From the NCBI GenBank assembly GCA_951406725.2, contig OX597836.1:26164001-26228000 (forward strand): 64,000 bases of DNA, in the 5' to 3' direction. Below are positions 1 through 12,810 of the stretch, in pieces. The stretch's first letter is position 1. Each line of letters begins with the position of its first letter. The stretch comes from Octopus vulgaris. Its lineage: Eukaryota. Position numbers and translations under genes: made by a program. Below the pieces are notes generated by a model, which was not told the DNA's origin, made no database searches, and saw only the letters and a list, made by a program, of their open reading frames with translations.

Positions 1-265
1 AAGAAGAAGAAGAAGAAAAGAAAAAGAAGACGACGACGACGAAGAAGGAGAAGAAGAAGAAGAAGAAGAAAAAGAAAAAGAAGACGACGACGACGAAGAA
101 GGAGAAGAAGAAGAACATGACGACGAAGAAGAAGAAGAAGAAGAAGAAGAAGAAGAAGAAGAAGAAAAGAAGAAGAAGAAGAAGAAGAAGAAGAAGAAGA
201 AGAATAACAACATCAACAACAACAACAACAAGGAAAAGAACAAGAAGAACAAGAACAAGAACAAC
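1..265 (+). repeat. (AAG)n/(ACG)n/(AAC)n compound microsatellite
   Basis: Direct trinucleotide runs; explains the poly-K/R ORF. Confidence 0.95.
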
Positions 266-553
266 GAGTCGAATAAATATTCCAAACCAACAAGTACCAT
301 GAATAAGAAGGCAGTCAAGAATAAACAGTTACCGACTAGGAGTCACATGACTTTTCGATAGTCACATGATGTATTTACAGTCGATTGAACAAGATGAGAT
401 ACTTTATAATGGGAGGAAATAACAGTGGGGAAGCGGGGCGGGCGAGACGAGGGGAGACGGGTGATACGTTAGTAAAAGAGAATCAAAAACATAACAAATA
501 TAGTATATATATACATGTATACATACATATATACAACATACATACATACATAC

Positions 554-716
<163 letters not shown>

Positions 717-1030
717 GGGAACGGGGGAGACAGAGAGAGAGTCGGAGGCACATAAGTGTTTGTATTTGTATATATGTGTGTGTGTGTATGTGTGAATATG
801 TACATAAAAAACTCGAAATATAATACAAATAGAAATAAAAGTAACGAAACAAAAGAGAAAAACAATCTAAATAACTAATATTTAATCGAGGGGAAGTGAA
901 TAAATTGAAGCAGAATAACGTTTCATAGCGTTTTTATTAAGAAGCCATTGATTGCAGGCGTTTCACTTGGAAGATAACCGAGCGACATATATATATATGT
1001 GTGTGTGTATATACATATATAGGATTTGTG

Positions 1031-1187
1031 ATAGGGTTAGGGTTAGGGATAGGGGTTAGGATTAGGGTTAGGGTTGGGGGTTAGGGGTTAGGGGTTAGGG
1101 TTAGGGTTAGGGGTTAGGGGTTAGGGATTTGGGGTTAGGGTTAGGGTTAGGGTTAGGTTTAAGTTAGGGTTAGGAGTTAGAGGTTAC

Positions 1188-1219
<32 letters not shown>

Positions 1220-2168
1220 GGTTGAGGGTTACGGGTTGGGGGTTAGGGCTAGGGATAGGGTTAGGGGTTGGGGTTAGGGCTAGGGTTAGGGTTAAGGTTA
1301 CAGTTAGGAGTAAGGGGATAGGGTAGGGTTACTGTTAGGGGATAGGGTTAGGGTTAGGGTTAAGGTTAGGTTTTAGGGTTTAGGATTTAGAGGTTAGGGT
1401 TAGGGTTAGGGTTAGGGTTAGGGTTAGGGTTAGGGTTAGGGTTAGGGTTAGGGTTAGGGTTAGGGTTAGGGTTAGGGTTAGGGTTAGGGTTATAGGGTTA
1501 GAGTTAGGGTTAGGGTTAGGGTTAGGGTTAGGGTTAGGGTTAGGGTTACGGTTAGGGTTAGGGTTAGGGGTTAGGGTTAGGGTTAGGGTTAGGGTTAGGG
1601 TTAGGGTTGTGGTTAGGGTTAGGGGGGTTAGGGTTAGGGTTAGGGTTAGGGTTAGGGTTAGGGTTAGGGTTAGGGGTTAGGGGTTAGGGTTAGGGTAAGG
1701 GTTAGGGTTAGATTTAGGGTTAGGGTTAGGGTTAGGATTAGGGTTAGGGATAGGGTGAGGGGTTAGGGTTAGAGTTAGTTTTAGGGTTAGGGTTAGAGTT
1801 AGTTTTAGGGTTTGGGTTAGGGTTAGGGTTAGGGTTATGGTCAGGGTTAGGGTAAGTGTTAGGGTTAGGGTTAAGGTTAGGGTTAGGGTTCGGTTAGGGT
1901 TAGAGTTAGGGATTAGGGATTAGGGTTAGGGTTAGGGCTAGGGTTAGGGGTTAGGGTTAGGGCTAGGGTTAGGGTTTGGGTTAGGGTTAGGGTTAGGGTT
2001 AGGGATAGGGGTTAGTGTTAGTGTTAGGGTTAGGCTTAGTATTAGGGTTAGGGTTAGGGTTAGGGTTAGGGTTAGGGTTAGGGTTAGGGGTTAGGGTTAG
2101 GGGTTAGGGTTAGGGTTAGGGTTAGGTTTAAGGTTAGGGATAGGATGACGTTTAGGTTTAGGGGTTAA

Positions 2169-2202
<34 letters not shown>

Positions 2203-2903
2203 TGGGTTAGGGTTAGTGTTAGGGTTAGGGTTAGGGTTAGGGTTTGGGTTAGGGTTACGGTTAGGGTTACAGTTAGGGGTTATGGTTAGGGTTAGGGTTA
2301 GGGTTAGTGTTAGGTTTAGGGTTAGGGTTAGGTTTAGGGTTAGGGGTTAGGGTTAGGGGTTAGGGTTAGGGTTAGGGGTTAGGGGTTATGGTTAGGGTTA
2401 GGGGTTAGGGGTTAGGGTTAGGGTAAGTGTTAGGGTTAGGGTTAGAGTTAGGGTTAGGGTTAGGGTTTGGGTTAGGGTTACGGTTAGGTTTACGGTTAGG
2501 GTTAGGTTTAGGTTTAGGGGTTAGGGTTAGGGTTAGGGTTAGTTTTAAGGTTAGGGTTTAGGGTTAGGGTTAGTGTTAGGGTTACGGTAAGGGTTAGGGT
2601 TAGGGTTAGGGCTAAAGTTAGTTTAGTGTTAGGGGTTAGGGTTAGGGTTAGGGTTAGGATTAGGGGTTAGTGTTAGGGTTAGGGTTAGGGTTAGGGTTAT
2701 TGGTTAGGGTTAGGATTAGGGTTAGGGTTAGGTGTTAGGGTTAGGTTTAGTGTTAGGGTTAGGGTTAGTGTTAAGGTTAGGGTTAGGGTTAGGGTTAGGG
2801 TTAGTTAAGGTTAGGGTTAGGGTTAGGGTTAGGGTTAGGGGTTAGGGTTAGGGTTAGGGTTAGGGTTAGGGTTAGGGTTAGGTTGAGTCTTGGTTAGGGT
2901 TAG

Positions 2904-2935
<32 letters not shown>

Positions 2936-3286
2936 TGTTAGGGTTACGGTAAAGGTTAGGGTTAGGGTTATGGTTAAGGTTAGGTTAGTGTTAGGATTAG
3001 GGTTAGGGTTAGGGGTAGGGTTAGGGTTAGGGGTTAGGGGTTAGGGTTAGGGTTAGGGTAAGTGTTAGGGTTAGGGTTAGAGTTAGGGTTAGGGTTAGGG
3101 TTTGGGTTACGGTTACGGTTAGGGTTACGGTTAGGGTTAGGTTTAGGTTTAGGGGTTAGGGTTAGGGTTAGGGTTAGTTTTAGGGTTAGGGTTTAGGGTT
3201 AGGGTTAGTGTTAGGGTTACGGTAAGGGTTAGGGTTAGTTTTAGGGTTACCTTAAGGGTTAGGGTTAGGGTAGGGTTGAGTCTAGG

Positions 3287-3321
<35 letters not shown>

Positions 3322-4327
3322 TGTTAGGTTACGGTAAAGGTTAGGGTTAGGGTTAGGGTTAAGGTTAGGTTAGTGTTAGGGTTAGGGTTAGGATTAGGGG
3401 TAGGGTTAGGGGTAGGGTTAGGGTTAGGGTTAAGATTAGGGTTAGGGTTGGAGTTAGTGTTAGGTTTAGGGTTAGGGTTAGGGGTTTGGGTTAGGTTTAG
3501 GGTTAGGGTTAGAGTTAGGGTTAGGGATTAGTGTTAGGGTTAGGGTTAGGGTTAGGGTTAGTGTTTATGTTAGGGTTTGGCTTAGGGTTAGGGTTAGGGC
3601 AAGGATTAGGGTTAAGTTTACTGTTACGGTTAGGGTTAGGGGTTAGGGGTTAGGGTTAGAGGTTAGTGTTAGGGTTAGGGTTAGGTTTAAGGTTAGGGAT
3701 AGGATGAGGTTTAGGCTTAGTTTTAGGGCTAGGCTTAGGGTTAGGCTTAGTGTTAGGCTTAGTTTTAGTGTTCGGGTTAGAGTTAGGATTAGGGTTAATG
3801 TTAGGGTTAGGCTTAGGGTTAGTTTTAGGTTTAGGTTTAGGATTAGGGTTAGGTTTAGTGTTAGGCTTTCGGTTAGGCTTAGTATTAGGGTTAGGTTTAG
3901 TTAGGTTTAGGGTTAGGGTTAAGGTTAGGTTTAGGTTGAGGGTTAGGATTAGGGTTAGGTGTTGGTTAGTGTTAGGATTAGGGTTAGTGTTAGGGTTAGG
4001 GTTAGGGTTAGGTTTAAGGTTAGGCTTAGGGTTAGGCTTAGAGTTAGGGTTAGGTTTAGTGATAGGGTTTGGGTTAGGGTTAGGGTTAGGGTTAGGGGTT
4101 AGGGGTTAGGAGTTGGGGTTAGGGTTAGGTTTAGGGTTAGGGTTAGGGTTAGTGTTAGGGTTAGGGTTAGGGTTATGGTTAGTGTTAGAGTTAGTGTTAG
4201 GGTTAGGGTTAGGGTTAGTGTTAGGTTTAGGGTATGGTTAAGGTTAGTGTTTTCGGGTTACGGTTTGGGTTAGTGTTAGGGTTAGGGTTATAGTTAGGCT
4301 TAGGGTTAGGTTTAGGTTTAGGGTTAG
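1031..4327 (+). repeat. Interstitial degenerate telomeric array (TTAGGG)n
   Basis: About 3.3 kb of TTAGGG with variants TTAGGGG, TTAGTG, TTAGGT, TTACGG, TTAGGC; non-telomeric sequence on both sides. Confidence 0.96.
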
Positions 4328-4860
4328 AGACCTATTTCTATTTCTTCATGCTAACGCCAATTAATTTTCTTATGTTCTCTGTAATACTGAATATACTCTA
4401 ACCCTAACCCTAACCCTAAATTATCGTTGAGTGTGGAATCATGTCATACGCTTTCTTATAATCTATCCATGTCATTGTTAATTCTTTTTATCTAGATTTC
4501 ACTTCATTTAGAGCCGCTCTGTCTATGTAAAATAGATCGTGTTTTCCTCTAGCCTTCTTCCTGCCAACTTTCTGTTCTGACACTAAATTCTGGCTGTCAA
4601 GGTGCTCGTAAATGCTTTCTGATAGCCTTCTTGTTAACAGCTTCCACACTAATTATAAGCAAGTGATTAACCGATAATTACTAGCTATATTGCCCTTGCT
4701 TTTGTCTTTCATAAAGGGTACTTTTCTCCCTCTAGCCATCCAATTAGATACGACTCCCCCGCTCAGGCAATCCTGAAGTTCTTCCCTCAGTATCCAATGT
4801 AAGCTACTAAAATTCTTTAACTTGTACACTTGAACAAAATCTGGTCCTTGGCCCTTCCAT
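4328..4860 (-). mobile_element. Decayed RLE-clade (R4/Dong-like) non-LTR retrotransposon, N-terminal part of RT
   Basis: Minus-strand translation KGQGPDFVQ..KDKSKGNIASNYRLITCL..WIDYKKAYDMIPHS..SIFSITENIRKLIGVSMKK with stops/frameshifts. Confidence 0.8.
4398..4419 (-). repeat. Short telomeric insert (about 3.5 x CCCTAA on +)
   Basis: ctaaccctaaccctaaccctaa, opposite orientation to the large array. Confidence 0.85.
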
Positions 4861-5545
4861 TGATGACATTGGACAACTGGTACCGCCAGGGAATTTATAG
4901 CTGCATCGCAATTCTGGAAGTTCAGCTCAGTATTCGGGACCATCCGGTCACGTCTAGAATATATTATCCTGATCTCTTTCCTTGACCCGAGCTGAATCTC
5001 TTTCCCTTCGTTTACAACAAGATACTTAAAACAGTTTTCTTGATTCAGACGCTTCATAGTTGTATCATAATAAAATTGGCTGAGGTTTTAGTTGTCAGTT
5101 TATCGCTTTGAATGTAGTTTTTGTACACTTATCTACGCCAAATTCTATACTGATGTCATCACAGAATTATTTTAGCTACAAATATCTCTTTCAGATCCTT
5201 TGCATCTTTTGCATATAATTTCAGGTCATCCATCTAGAATAAGTATGAGATCGCATAAAGCATTTTGTACCCGTAATGTTTTTCTGTCCAACTCGTGGGA
5301 CAAGGTAACGAGGGAAAGACAGAAGAGAAAAGGGAAGAGTGAATCGCTCTGGAATATTCCATGATTTATTTTGATATTTTCTGATACATTCAAGCCTTTC
5401 TCGTTGTTGAAAAACAATGTCATGTTCCACAACCCCATACTGTGTCGAGGAAAGTTTTTACGAAAGGATAGATTTTGTATATAGTTAGTGACTTTGAGAT
5501 CCAGATATGTGGATCAAACATCTTGTAATAGTGGCAGGGTTTCCA
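4861..5545 (-). mobile_element. Decayed RLE-clade non-LTR retrotransposon, C-terminal part of RT
   Basis: INHGIFQSDSLFPFLFCLSL (GIFQGDSLSP-like), degenerate MDDLKLY, EFGVDKC, FKYL, AINSLAVPVV. Confidence 0.8.
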
Positions 5546-5705
5546 ATCCGACTTTGTAAAATCCTCACCAGCAAACAAGCACCCAAAACAGACCCATGGG
5601 TTGGAGTGTTGCCGCCTGAGTGGCATACATGCCTTTCGCTAGAAATAGCAGTGGATGCGGCGGCACGCTGTTACAGCGCATGCCCACATACTACTGGTAT
5701 TTATT

Positions 5706-6089
5706 GTGGAAGCACTCCGTCGCTTACGACGATGAGGGTTCCGGTTGATCCGAATCAACGGAACAGCCTGCTCGTGTAATTAACGTGTAAGTGGCTGAGC
5801 ACTCCACAGACACGTGCACCCTTAACGTAGTTCTCGGGGATATTCAGCGTGACACAGAGAGTGACAAGGCCGGCCCTTGAAATACAGGTACAACAGAAAC
5901 AGGAAGTAAGAGTGAGAGAAAGTTGTGGTGAAAGAGTACAGCAGGGATCACCACCATCCCCTGCCGGAGCCTCGTGGAGCTTTTAGGTGTTTTCGCTCAA
6001 CAAACACTCACAACGCCCGGTCTGGGAATCGAAACCGCGATCCTATGACCGCGAGTCCGCTGCCCTAACCACTGGGCCATTGCGCCTCC
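5706..6089 (-). mobile_element. tRNA-derived SINE family A (tRNA-Arg-like head), full length
   Basis: Pol III A box TGGCCCAGTGG and B-box-like GTTTCGATTCC; 13-bp TSD ACTGGTATTTATT at 5693-5705 and 6090-6102; related copies elsewhere in window. Confidence 0.9.
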
Positions 6090-6589
6090 ACTGGTATTTA
6101 TTACTGGGTCGATAAACAAAAATATCAATCTGATACAGCTTGTTGATTTAATATTCTGTGTTAAGCGTCCTAGACGTGAATGGAATTATAATAGATTATG
6201 CCTCTTCGTTCTCCCCCTCCTATAAATGTAGTAATGGTGTTTTATTAAACCGGTGTTAGTATTATTAATAGTTATGCCTATCATTACTAATATTAATTTG
6301 CTATCTAGTAGGCCACAAAGTGGCAAAGAATAAGTTAATGAATAATTAACGAGCAATTACTCAAGATAAATAGACCGCCGAGAGAGATCTGATGACAGTT
6401 ATAGAAAAATGTAATATTTTCTTCCTGTCTTTTATTATTCATTAACCTAAAATAAAAAAAAGAAAACCATTTACACTATCTTGCTAATTAAATTTTGACT
6501 ACATAAAACAGATGTATATGTATATGTGTGTATGTATTCATATATATGTGTGTGCATGGATGTGTGCCTTTATGTATATGCGTCCGTAT

Positions 6590-6656
<67 letters not shown>

Positions 6657-6721
6657 TTATATATATATATAAATATATATATATATTTATATATATATGT
6701 ATATATATATTCATTTATATA

Positions 6722-6795
<74 letters not shown>

Positions 6796-6850
6796 TGTAT
6801 ATAGAGAGAGATGCATACATATATATGTACATTTATATATATGTATATAT

Positions 6851-7031
6851 CACCGTGATCACCGTGACCGACCAGGCTATCAGATGTTGCTAAACATCGC
6901 TGGTCACAATCCGCTCGTGGAGCTTTAGGTGTTTACGCTCAATTAACACTGACAATGCCCGGTCTGGGAATCGAAACCGTGATCCTACAACCGCGAGTCC
7001 GCTGCCCTAACCACTGGGTCATTGCGCCTCC
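6851..7031 (-). mobile_element. SINE family A, internally deleted copy with alternative 3' tail
   Basis: Head matches 5970-6089; tail matches 34738-34800. Confidence 0.8.
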
Positions 7032-7033
7032 AC

Positions 7034-7500
<467 letters not shown>

Positions 7501-7635
7501 TATATATATATATATATTGTTATATTTCGGAATGGTCATATTGCCAGTTTAGCCAATAAAAACACACGCACTATATATTTGGTGTTATTTTGCTTCAGTG
7601 TTATTTATTTTTTACATTAATCTAAATCTTATTTC

Positions 7636-7680
7636 GGCCAGAGTTCTTTCGTCACACTCCTGTGACCGCATCAGTGGTCC
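7636..7680 (-). ncRNA. Hammerhead-like motif downstream of PLE ORF (A9C variant)
   Basis: cca CTGATGC g gtcaca ggag tgtgac GAAA gaac TC tgg. Confidence 0.55.
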
Positions 7681-8001
7681 TCTATTTTCTTCTTTCTTAT
7701 TTATGTCTCTCCTTACTAACCGTCAGCCATTTTGTATTTCTATTGTATGTCTTCATTTGCGCATGCTTATATCTCTATGTGCGTTTATGTTTATTTAGTG
7801 TGTGTATGTGGGGGGGGATGCCTGTAATATTTGTATCTTCTGTTTATATATGTTCATGTAATTTGTATTTTGTTTTTGTTGTTTTTGTTTATTCTTATTT
7901 TGTTCATGCGTTTACATCCACTCATTATTATCATTACATATGCTTGTATGTATAACAACAATACTAGTAATAATAATAATAAATCGAATCGAAAAAAGAA
8001 A

Positions 8002-8042
<41 letters not shown>

Positions 8043-8056
8043 CTACATATATATAT

Positions 8057-8108
<52 letters not shown>

Positions 8109-8190
8109 AGTTATTTATTTCTATTAGTTTATTTATCTGTGTACTTATAATGTTTTCAGGATCCTCTATTGTCATATGTTGTGGTGTGTG

Positions 8191-9466
8191 TTAGTGCTCC
8201 ATTCTAGTTTTTCTATTCAGGCTATGTTTATTTTCTATTATGTGTGTAGCTTCTGTAATTTGTCTGATTGTTGCATCTGATATATGTGCGGATAATATTT
8301 TAATTTCTATGTTATTGATTGATCCCCCGTGTTCCTGTTCGGCGTGTTGGTACAGAATCGATGAGCTTTTACCTTCCTTGAGTTGTCTCCAATGCTCATT
8401 TACCCGCTCTCCAATGCTTCTTGCCGTTTCCCCTACGTATGTCGTTGTCTTGTTACTGCATCGTCCCTCTATACATTTTATACTATAGACTACATTTCTG
8501 GCTTTACAGTTTGTTTGTGGGCTAAATCTACATACAGTACAGTACTTATCCGTACAGGGGATTCTACTAAAAGGGTAGGTTCTACCAATTATAGATTTGA
8601 TAGGGTTGCCTGGCTTTTCAACAACCTTAATTATTAGCTTAAGTTTGTCTAGGGTCCTTCTAAAGCGGTACGCCAGTTCACCTCCAGGGGTGGTGTCAAC
8701 GAACATGACACTCTGGTATTTATGGCTATCATACCAAGAGTTGGCCTTCCCTATTTTCTTTTTTGTCCTTTCTATAGTGTTCCATAACTTGTTCCTATAG
8801 AGTGGGAAAATCCCATTCCTATCATTACATAATATATTATCAAATTTCTTCATGGCTCCTTTGTATACTCTGATCCTTTCTTTATGGCTGTAACCTGAGA
8901 ACTGCATGCGGTGAATGAAATATTGTATGTGTCTCTTTAACTCTGTAGGCTCGCACATGCGTGACACATTTCTCATTATTCTGACGAGGTCTGCCATCAA
9001 AATATTGAATTTGGCATTGTCCGCAATGGCTGAGTTCCGGTGGATCAAGTATTTTGAGGCCATAGGTTTGGCATAGCATGAATGAAGGATTTGGGTTTTA
9101 TTATTCACAATTTCTAGCCAGAGTTCGGTGTCTAGTACTGGTAGTCTATGGTTGGGGTGTTTAGTGGGGTAGTCTATTGTGACCTTAATACTCTGGTGGA
9201 TGGAGTTAGCTATTTGCTGGATGCTCTTCATAGTATTAGTTTCTATTACTATATCAACATTACTCTCTTGTGGGGGTGCCTTTACTACTATGTTGATATC
9301 ATCAACATAGCGAGAGTACATGTTTACGAGTATGGAGTTCTGTGTTAGGCGTTCTTTAAGCCTTCTGTCCCACCATACCATGAAAAGGTTGGCCACATCA
9401 CCAGCGATACTAACGCCGATGGCTGACCCTCGTCCTGGGCATATATTTTATTATTAAACTTAAACT
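8191..9466 (-). pseudogene. PLE reverse transcriptase (C-terminal part) plus GIY-YIG endonuclease
   Basis: FNNKIYAQDEG/SAIG (frameshift near 9430), YSRYVDDI, LPVLD, CxxxxCxxC linker, NVVYSIKC..TYVGETARSIGERVNEH; 401 uninterrupted codons. Confidence 0.92.
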
Positions 9467-10269
9467 AGGAGCTAGTATAAGAGTTACCCTAAAAGGCCAC
9501 ACTGAATTGCAGCCAAAGTGGTCTTGGCTCGTGTCCAGTTATTCATCCTCTTCATTCTGTTCCAACCAACACAGCTGTTGTTGGGCAAATTTTGCTGCAA
9601 GTCAAATAAATGGTCACCACAAGAGCTGCTTATAAAGGTTTGGGGACGGCTGCGATCCGACAAGAAAAATTAAAGCTGGTACGGTATTAGGCTTTAAAGA
9701 TGTCTGTGAGAGAGACATGAAGACACTGGAAAGACAGGGAAAGTGATTGATTTCGCTAAAGACTGGAAATAGGTGAGGGTTAAAGAAGAGGTTTGCTGCC
9801 AAAGAAGAGTGCAGACGATGACACGTCTGTACTGGGACAATGCCAGACGACAATGATTTCAAATACAGTCGCTACCACTATGACTGTCAGTCTAGTTTGA
9901 GCCTCTACAGACATCAAATATGTCGCTCTGTTAATGAGAACAGAGACCCACCAGGGACTGACCCATGAACTCGTGAGTCTAACAGATTCTACAACCACAT
10001 GTGTGTGTGTGTGTGTGTGCATGTATGTATATATGTGTATATATACGTGTATGTGTGTGTAAGTGTGTGCGTACGTGTATGTATGTGCGGGTGTGTGCGT
10101 GTGTGTGTGCATGCGTGTGCGTGTGTGTGTGCATGCGTGTGCGCGTGTGTGCTCATGCGTGTGCGCGTGTGTGTGAGTATGTGCGTGTGAGTGTGTGTGT
10201 GTGTGTGTGTGCATGTACGTACGTGTGTATATTAACGCTTAATAAATTATTTAAATGAAAAATTCGTCA

Positions 10270-10627
10270 GCACAGGTATGGCCGTCTGGTAATACGTTTA
10301 CTTCCCAACCACATGGTTCCTGGTTCAGTCCCATTGCGTGGCACTTGGTGCATGTGTCTTCAACTATAGCCGCAAGTCGACCAGGACCTTGTGAGTGGAT
10401 TCGGTGGACGGAAACTGAAAGAAGCCCGTCGTTCTGTTTAACTTTGTTCCCAACACCACTTGCGAACGGATGCTGGTTTTTATGTTCCAGTAACCTAACG
10501 GTTCATCAAAGGCGGTTGATAGAATAAGCACCGGGCTCCAACAAAAAGCAATGAGGTCTATTTGTTCCACTAAACGTTTCAAAGCGGTGCCCCAGCTTGG
10601 CCGCAGTCAAAAGACTGAAACAAGTAA
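10270..10627 (+). mobile_element. SINE family B, diverged copy
   Basis: Aligns by eye with 14034-14460. Confidence 0.8.
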
Positions 10628-10915
10628 TCGGTAAAAAAAAGGTAGAAAGTTAAATGCAACAGAATACAAGTGTGAATAAAGAGGGAATTGTTATTCAGTC
10701 CAACATCATACAACTACGACACATCACAAAGAGGCAAAGATAATGAATACGTCGTATATTTCTATTTCCGGTTTCTCCGGAAATTATTTAGTGTGTACTG
10801 GACATTCTATACACAACAATGACAAAAAAGTTTCTTGGTTCGTTCTATATTTTTTTATCAATCTCTACCTTTGACTGTCTTTCTCTCAGCAAACCTCCCT
10901 GTTTCTCCTCTCAGA

Positions 10916-10976
<61 letters not shown>

Positions 10977-11159
10977 CTCTGTCTCTGCCTCTCAAGAATA
11001 AAGTTTTGATCATGCCCTCTCTCTCTCTATGTGTGTGTGTGCGTTATATGTGTATAAATACCTATCTATCTATACATGTGCATGTGTGTGTTTGTGTTGT
11101 TCGCTAGCCTCTGCACGCATTTTTTTTCTCTCCTTCTTTCTGTGTTTCTTCTCTGTGTA

Positions 11160-11197
11160 TCTTTCTGTTGAAGAGCGTAGGCTCGAAACGTAAAAGA
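11160..11197 (+). ncRNA. Minimal hammerhead-like motif (A6U variant)
   Basis: tcttt CTGTTGA a gagc gtag gctc GAAA cg TA aaaga. Confidence 0.6.
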
Positions 11198-11336
11198 CTT
11201 GTTTTATTTATATTCCTGAGCGCCATACTAATACAATTGTTTGTTTGTATTCTACCTGCCTTCGTCTTTTGTTTATTTTCATAAAGCTTCCCGTTATGTA
11301 TGTATGTATGTATGTATGTATGTATGCGTTTGTATC

Positions 11337-11403
<67 letters not shown>

Positions 11404-12420
11404 AATGAAATTTGAAAAGAAAATACGAAACCGGTTATTTCTTCAAAAACAATGTCACTACACACAAAATTTTATAACATTTTCCTAATATGACGATTTA
11501 AATATTCTTTAACCATATAATACAAGTCGTCTGTAGTTTTTTTTTCCCCCATTTTTTATTCCATAAGATTCTTTCGTTTAACAGATGCACGCTCGCACAC
11601 ACACACACGGACACACGGACACACTCACACATTCATACACAATCAGAGAGAAATCTACAAAAAACTTTTCCATCAGTCAATCAATTGATTTTGTTTTTTT
11701 TTATTATAAGTTTACTAGTTGTTGTTTTTTTTATTCCCATACAGGATATCAAATAAAGCTTTGAAGTAAAAGAATTCCAGACAATTCTACTCATCAAATC
11801 AAACAACCTCAGCCATTCCATTCCACACGCAACATAATCACAATCTACCAAATATTGGTGAAGAACTACAAATATTATCTTCATTCCTCAATTGGCAATG
11901 ATAACTCTGTTCCCCCAACTGATTACGACTTTCCACTCTAGTTAGTTATCGTCTGCTTTTCTTTCTTTTTTTTCTGTCAATTTATAGTTTTTTTGTGTGT
12001 GTTTGTGTGTGTCTGTCTGTGTGTGTGTGTCGGTATGTGTTTGTCGATATGTGTTTGTCGGTGTGTGTGTGTGATCATTTTTTTTTTGTTTCGTTTTTGT
12101 TTTCTCCATTTTTTTTTTCTTTTTTCACAAATCCTTCACTCTTGAAGAAAATAAAACAAAATGATTTGACATTCTTAATTACAGATAATTCATTTCATAT
12201 TTCGTTCTAATTAACCTTTAAACAAAATAACTTTAGTTTAAATTACAAATATCAAGAGTTGCTTTTTCTAGTCAACTTCAAAAAAAAAACTTTTGATCTT
12301 GTTTCAAATTTATGGTTCATAACTTTTCCAAATGTTAATTTTTAAATATGTATGTGTATATGTGTGTATGTGTGTGTGCGTATTCATGTGTGCATGTGTG
12401 TGTATATGTGCGTGTATCTA

Positions 12421-12500
<80 letters not shown>

Positions 12501-12504
<4 letters not shown>

Positions 12505-12810
12505 AAGAGGATTTGAAAATACAGAGGTCTTTCAAAGATGTTTATTGACTTGACCAGTTTCACTTTTTTAAAAAAAGATTATCAAAAGCAAAATGTAAGT
12601 CTTTGTGTACCCTTTGTTTTTGTTAAAAAATGGTTATCATAGATGTAATAAAATACATTTTAATAACATCTATGATAACCATTTTTTAACACAACAAAGG
12701 CTACACAAAGCCTTACATTTTACTTTTGATAATCTTTTTTTAAAAAGTGAAACCGGTCAAGTCAATTGACATCTTTAAATGACCTCTGCATTTTCAAATC
12801 CTCTTTCCTA
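12501..12810. repeat. Diverged fold-back inverted repeat (about 150-bp arms) next to (TA)n, each arm with an HHR-like motif
   Basis: taggaagaggatttgaaaat...ttttcaaatcctctttccta; motif actt TTGATAA tctttttt..aaaaagt GAAAC cg GTC aagt at 12722-12762 (+), mirror at 12548-12589 (-). Confidence 0.85.

Larger units (their letters stand above)
7517..9466 (-). mobile_element. 5'-truncated Penelope-like element with 3' UTR/pseudo-LTR
   Basis: RT+GIY-YIG ORF followed by long AT-rich 3' region with HHR-like motif, ending at (TA)n; 3' boundary inferred from 35-bp match at 46397-46431. Confidence 0.75.

Noticed and set aside
3704-4109. RV/LG dipeptide ORFs in the telomeric array
   Set aside because: Inevitable open frames of TTAGGG repeats; no sign of expression
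4321-4420. Head-to-head telomere fusion site
   Set aside because: The inverted part is only about 22 bp and the spacer continues the flanking RT sequence
6010-6089. tRNA genes at SINE heads (also 14034, 18255, 29198)
   Set aside because: No complete cloverleaf; each continues into a multi-copy SINE body
6385-6425. CTGATGA...GAAA hammerhead candidate
   Set aside because: No convincing stem I or stem II pairing
11400-11445. GAAAC-CG-GTT half hammerhead
   Set aside because: The 5' core is missing, cut off by (TA)n; not counted
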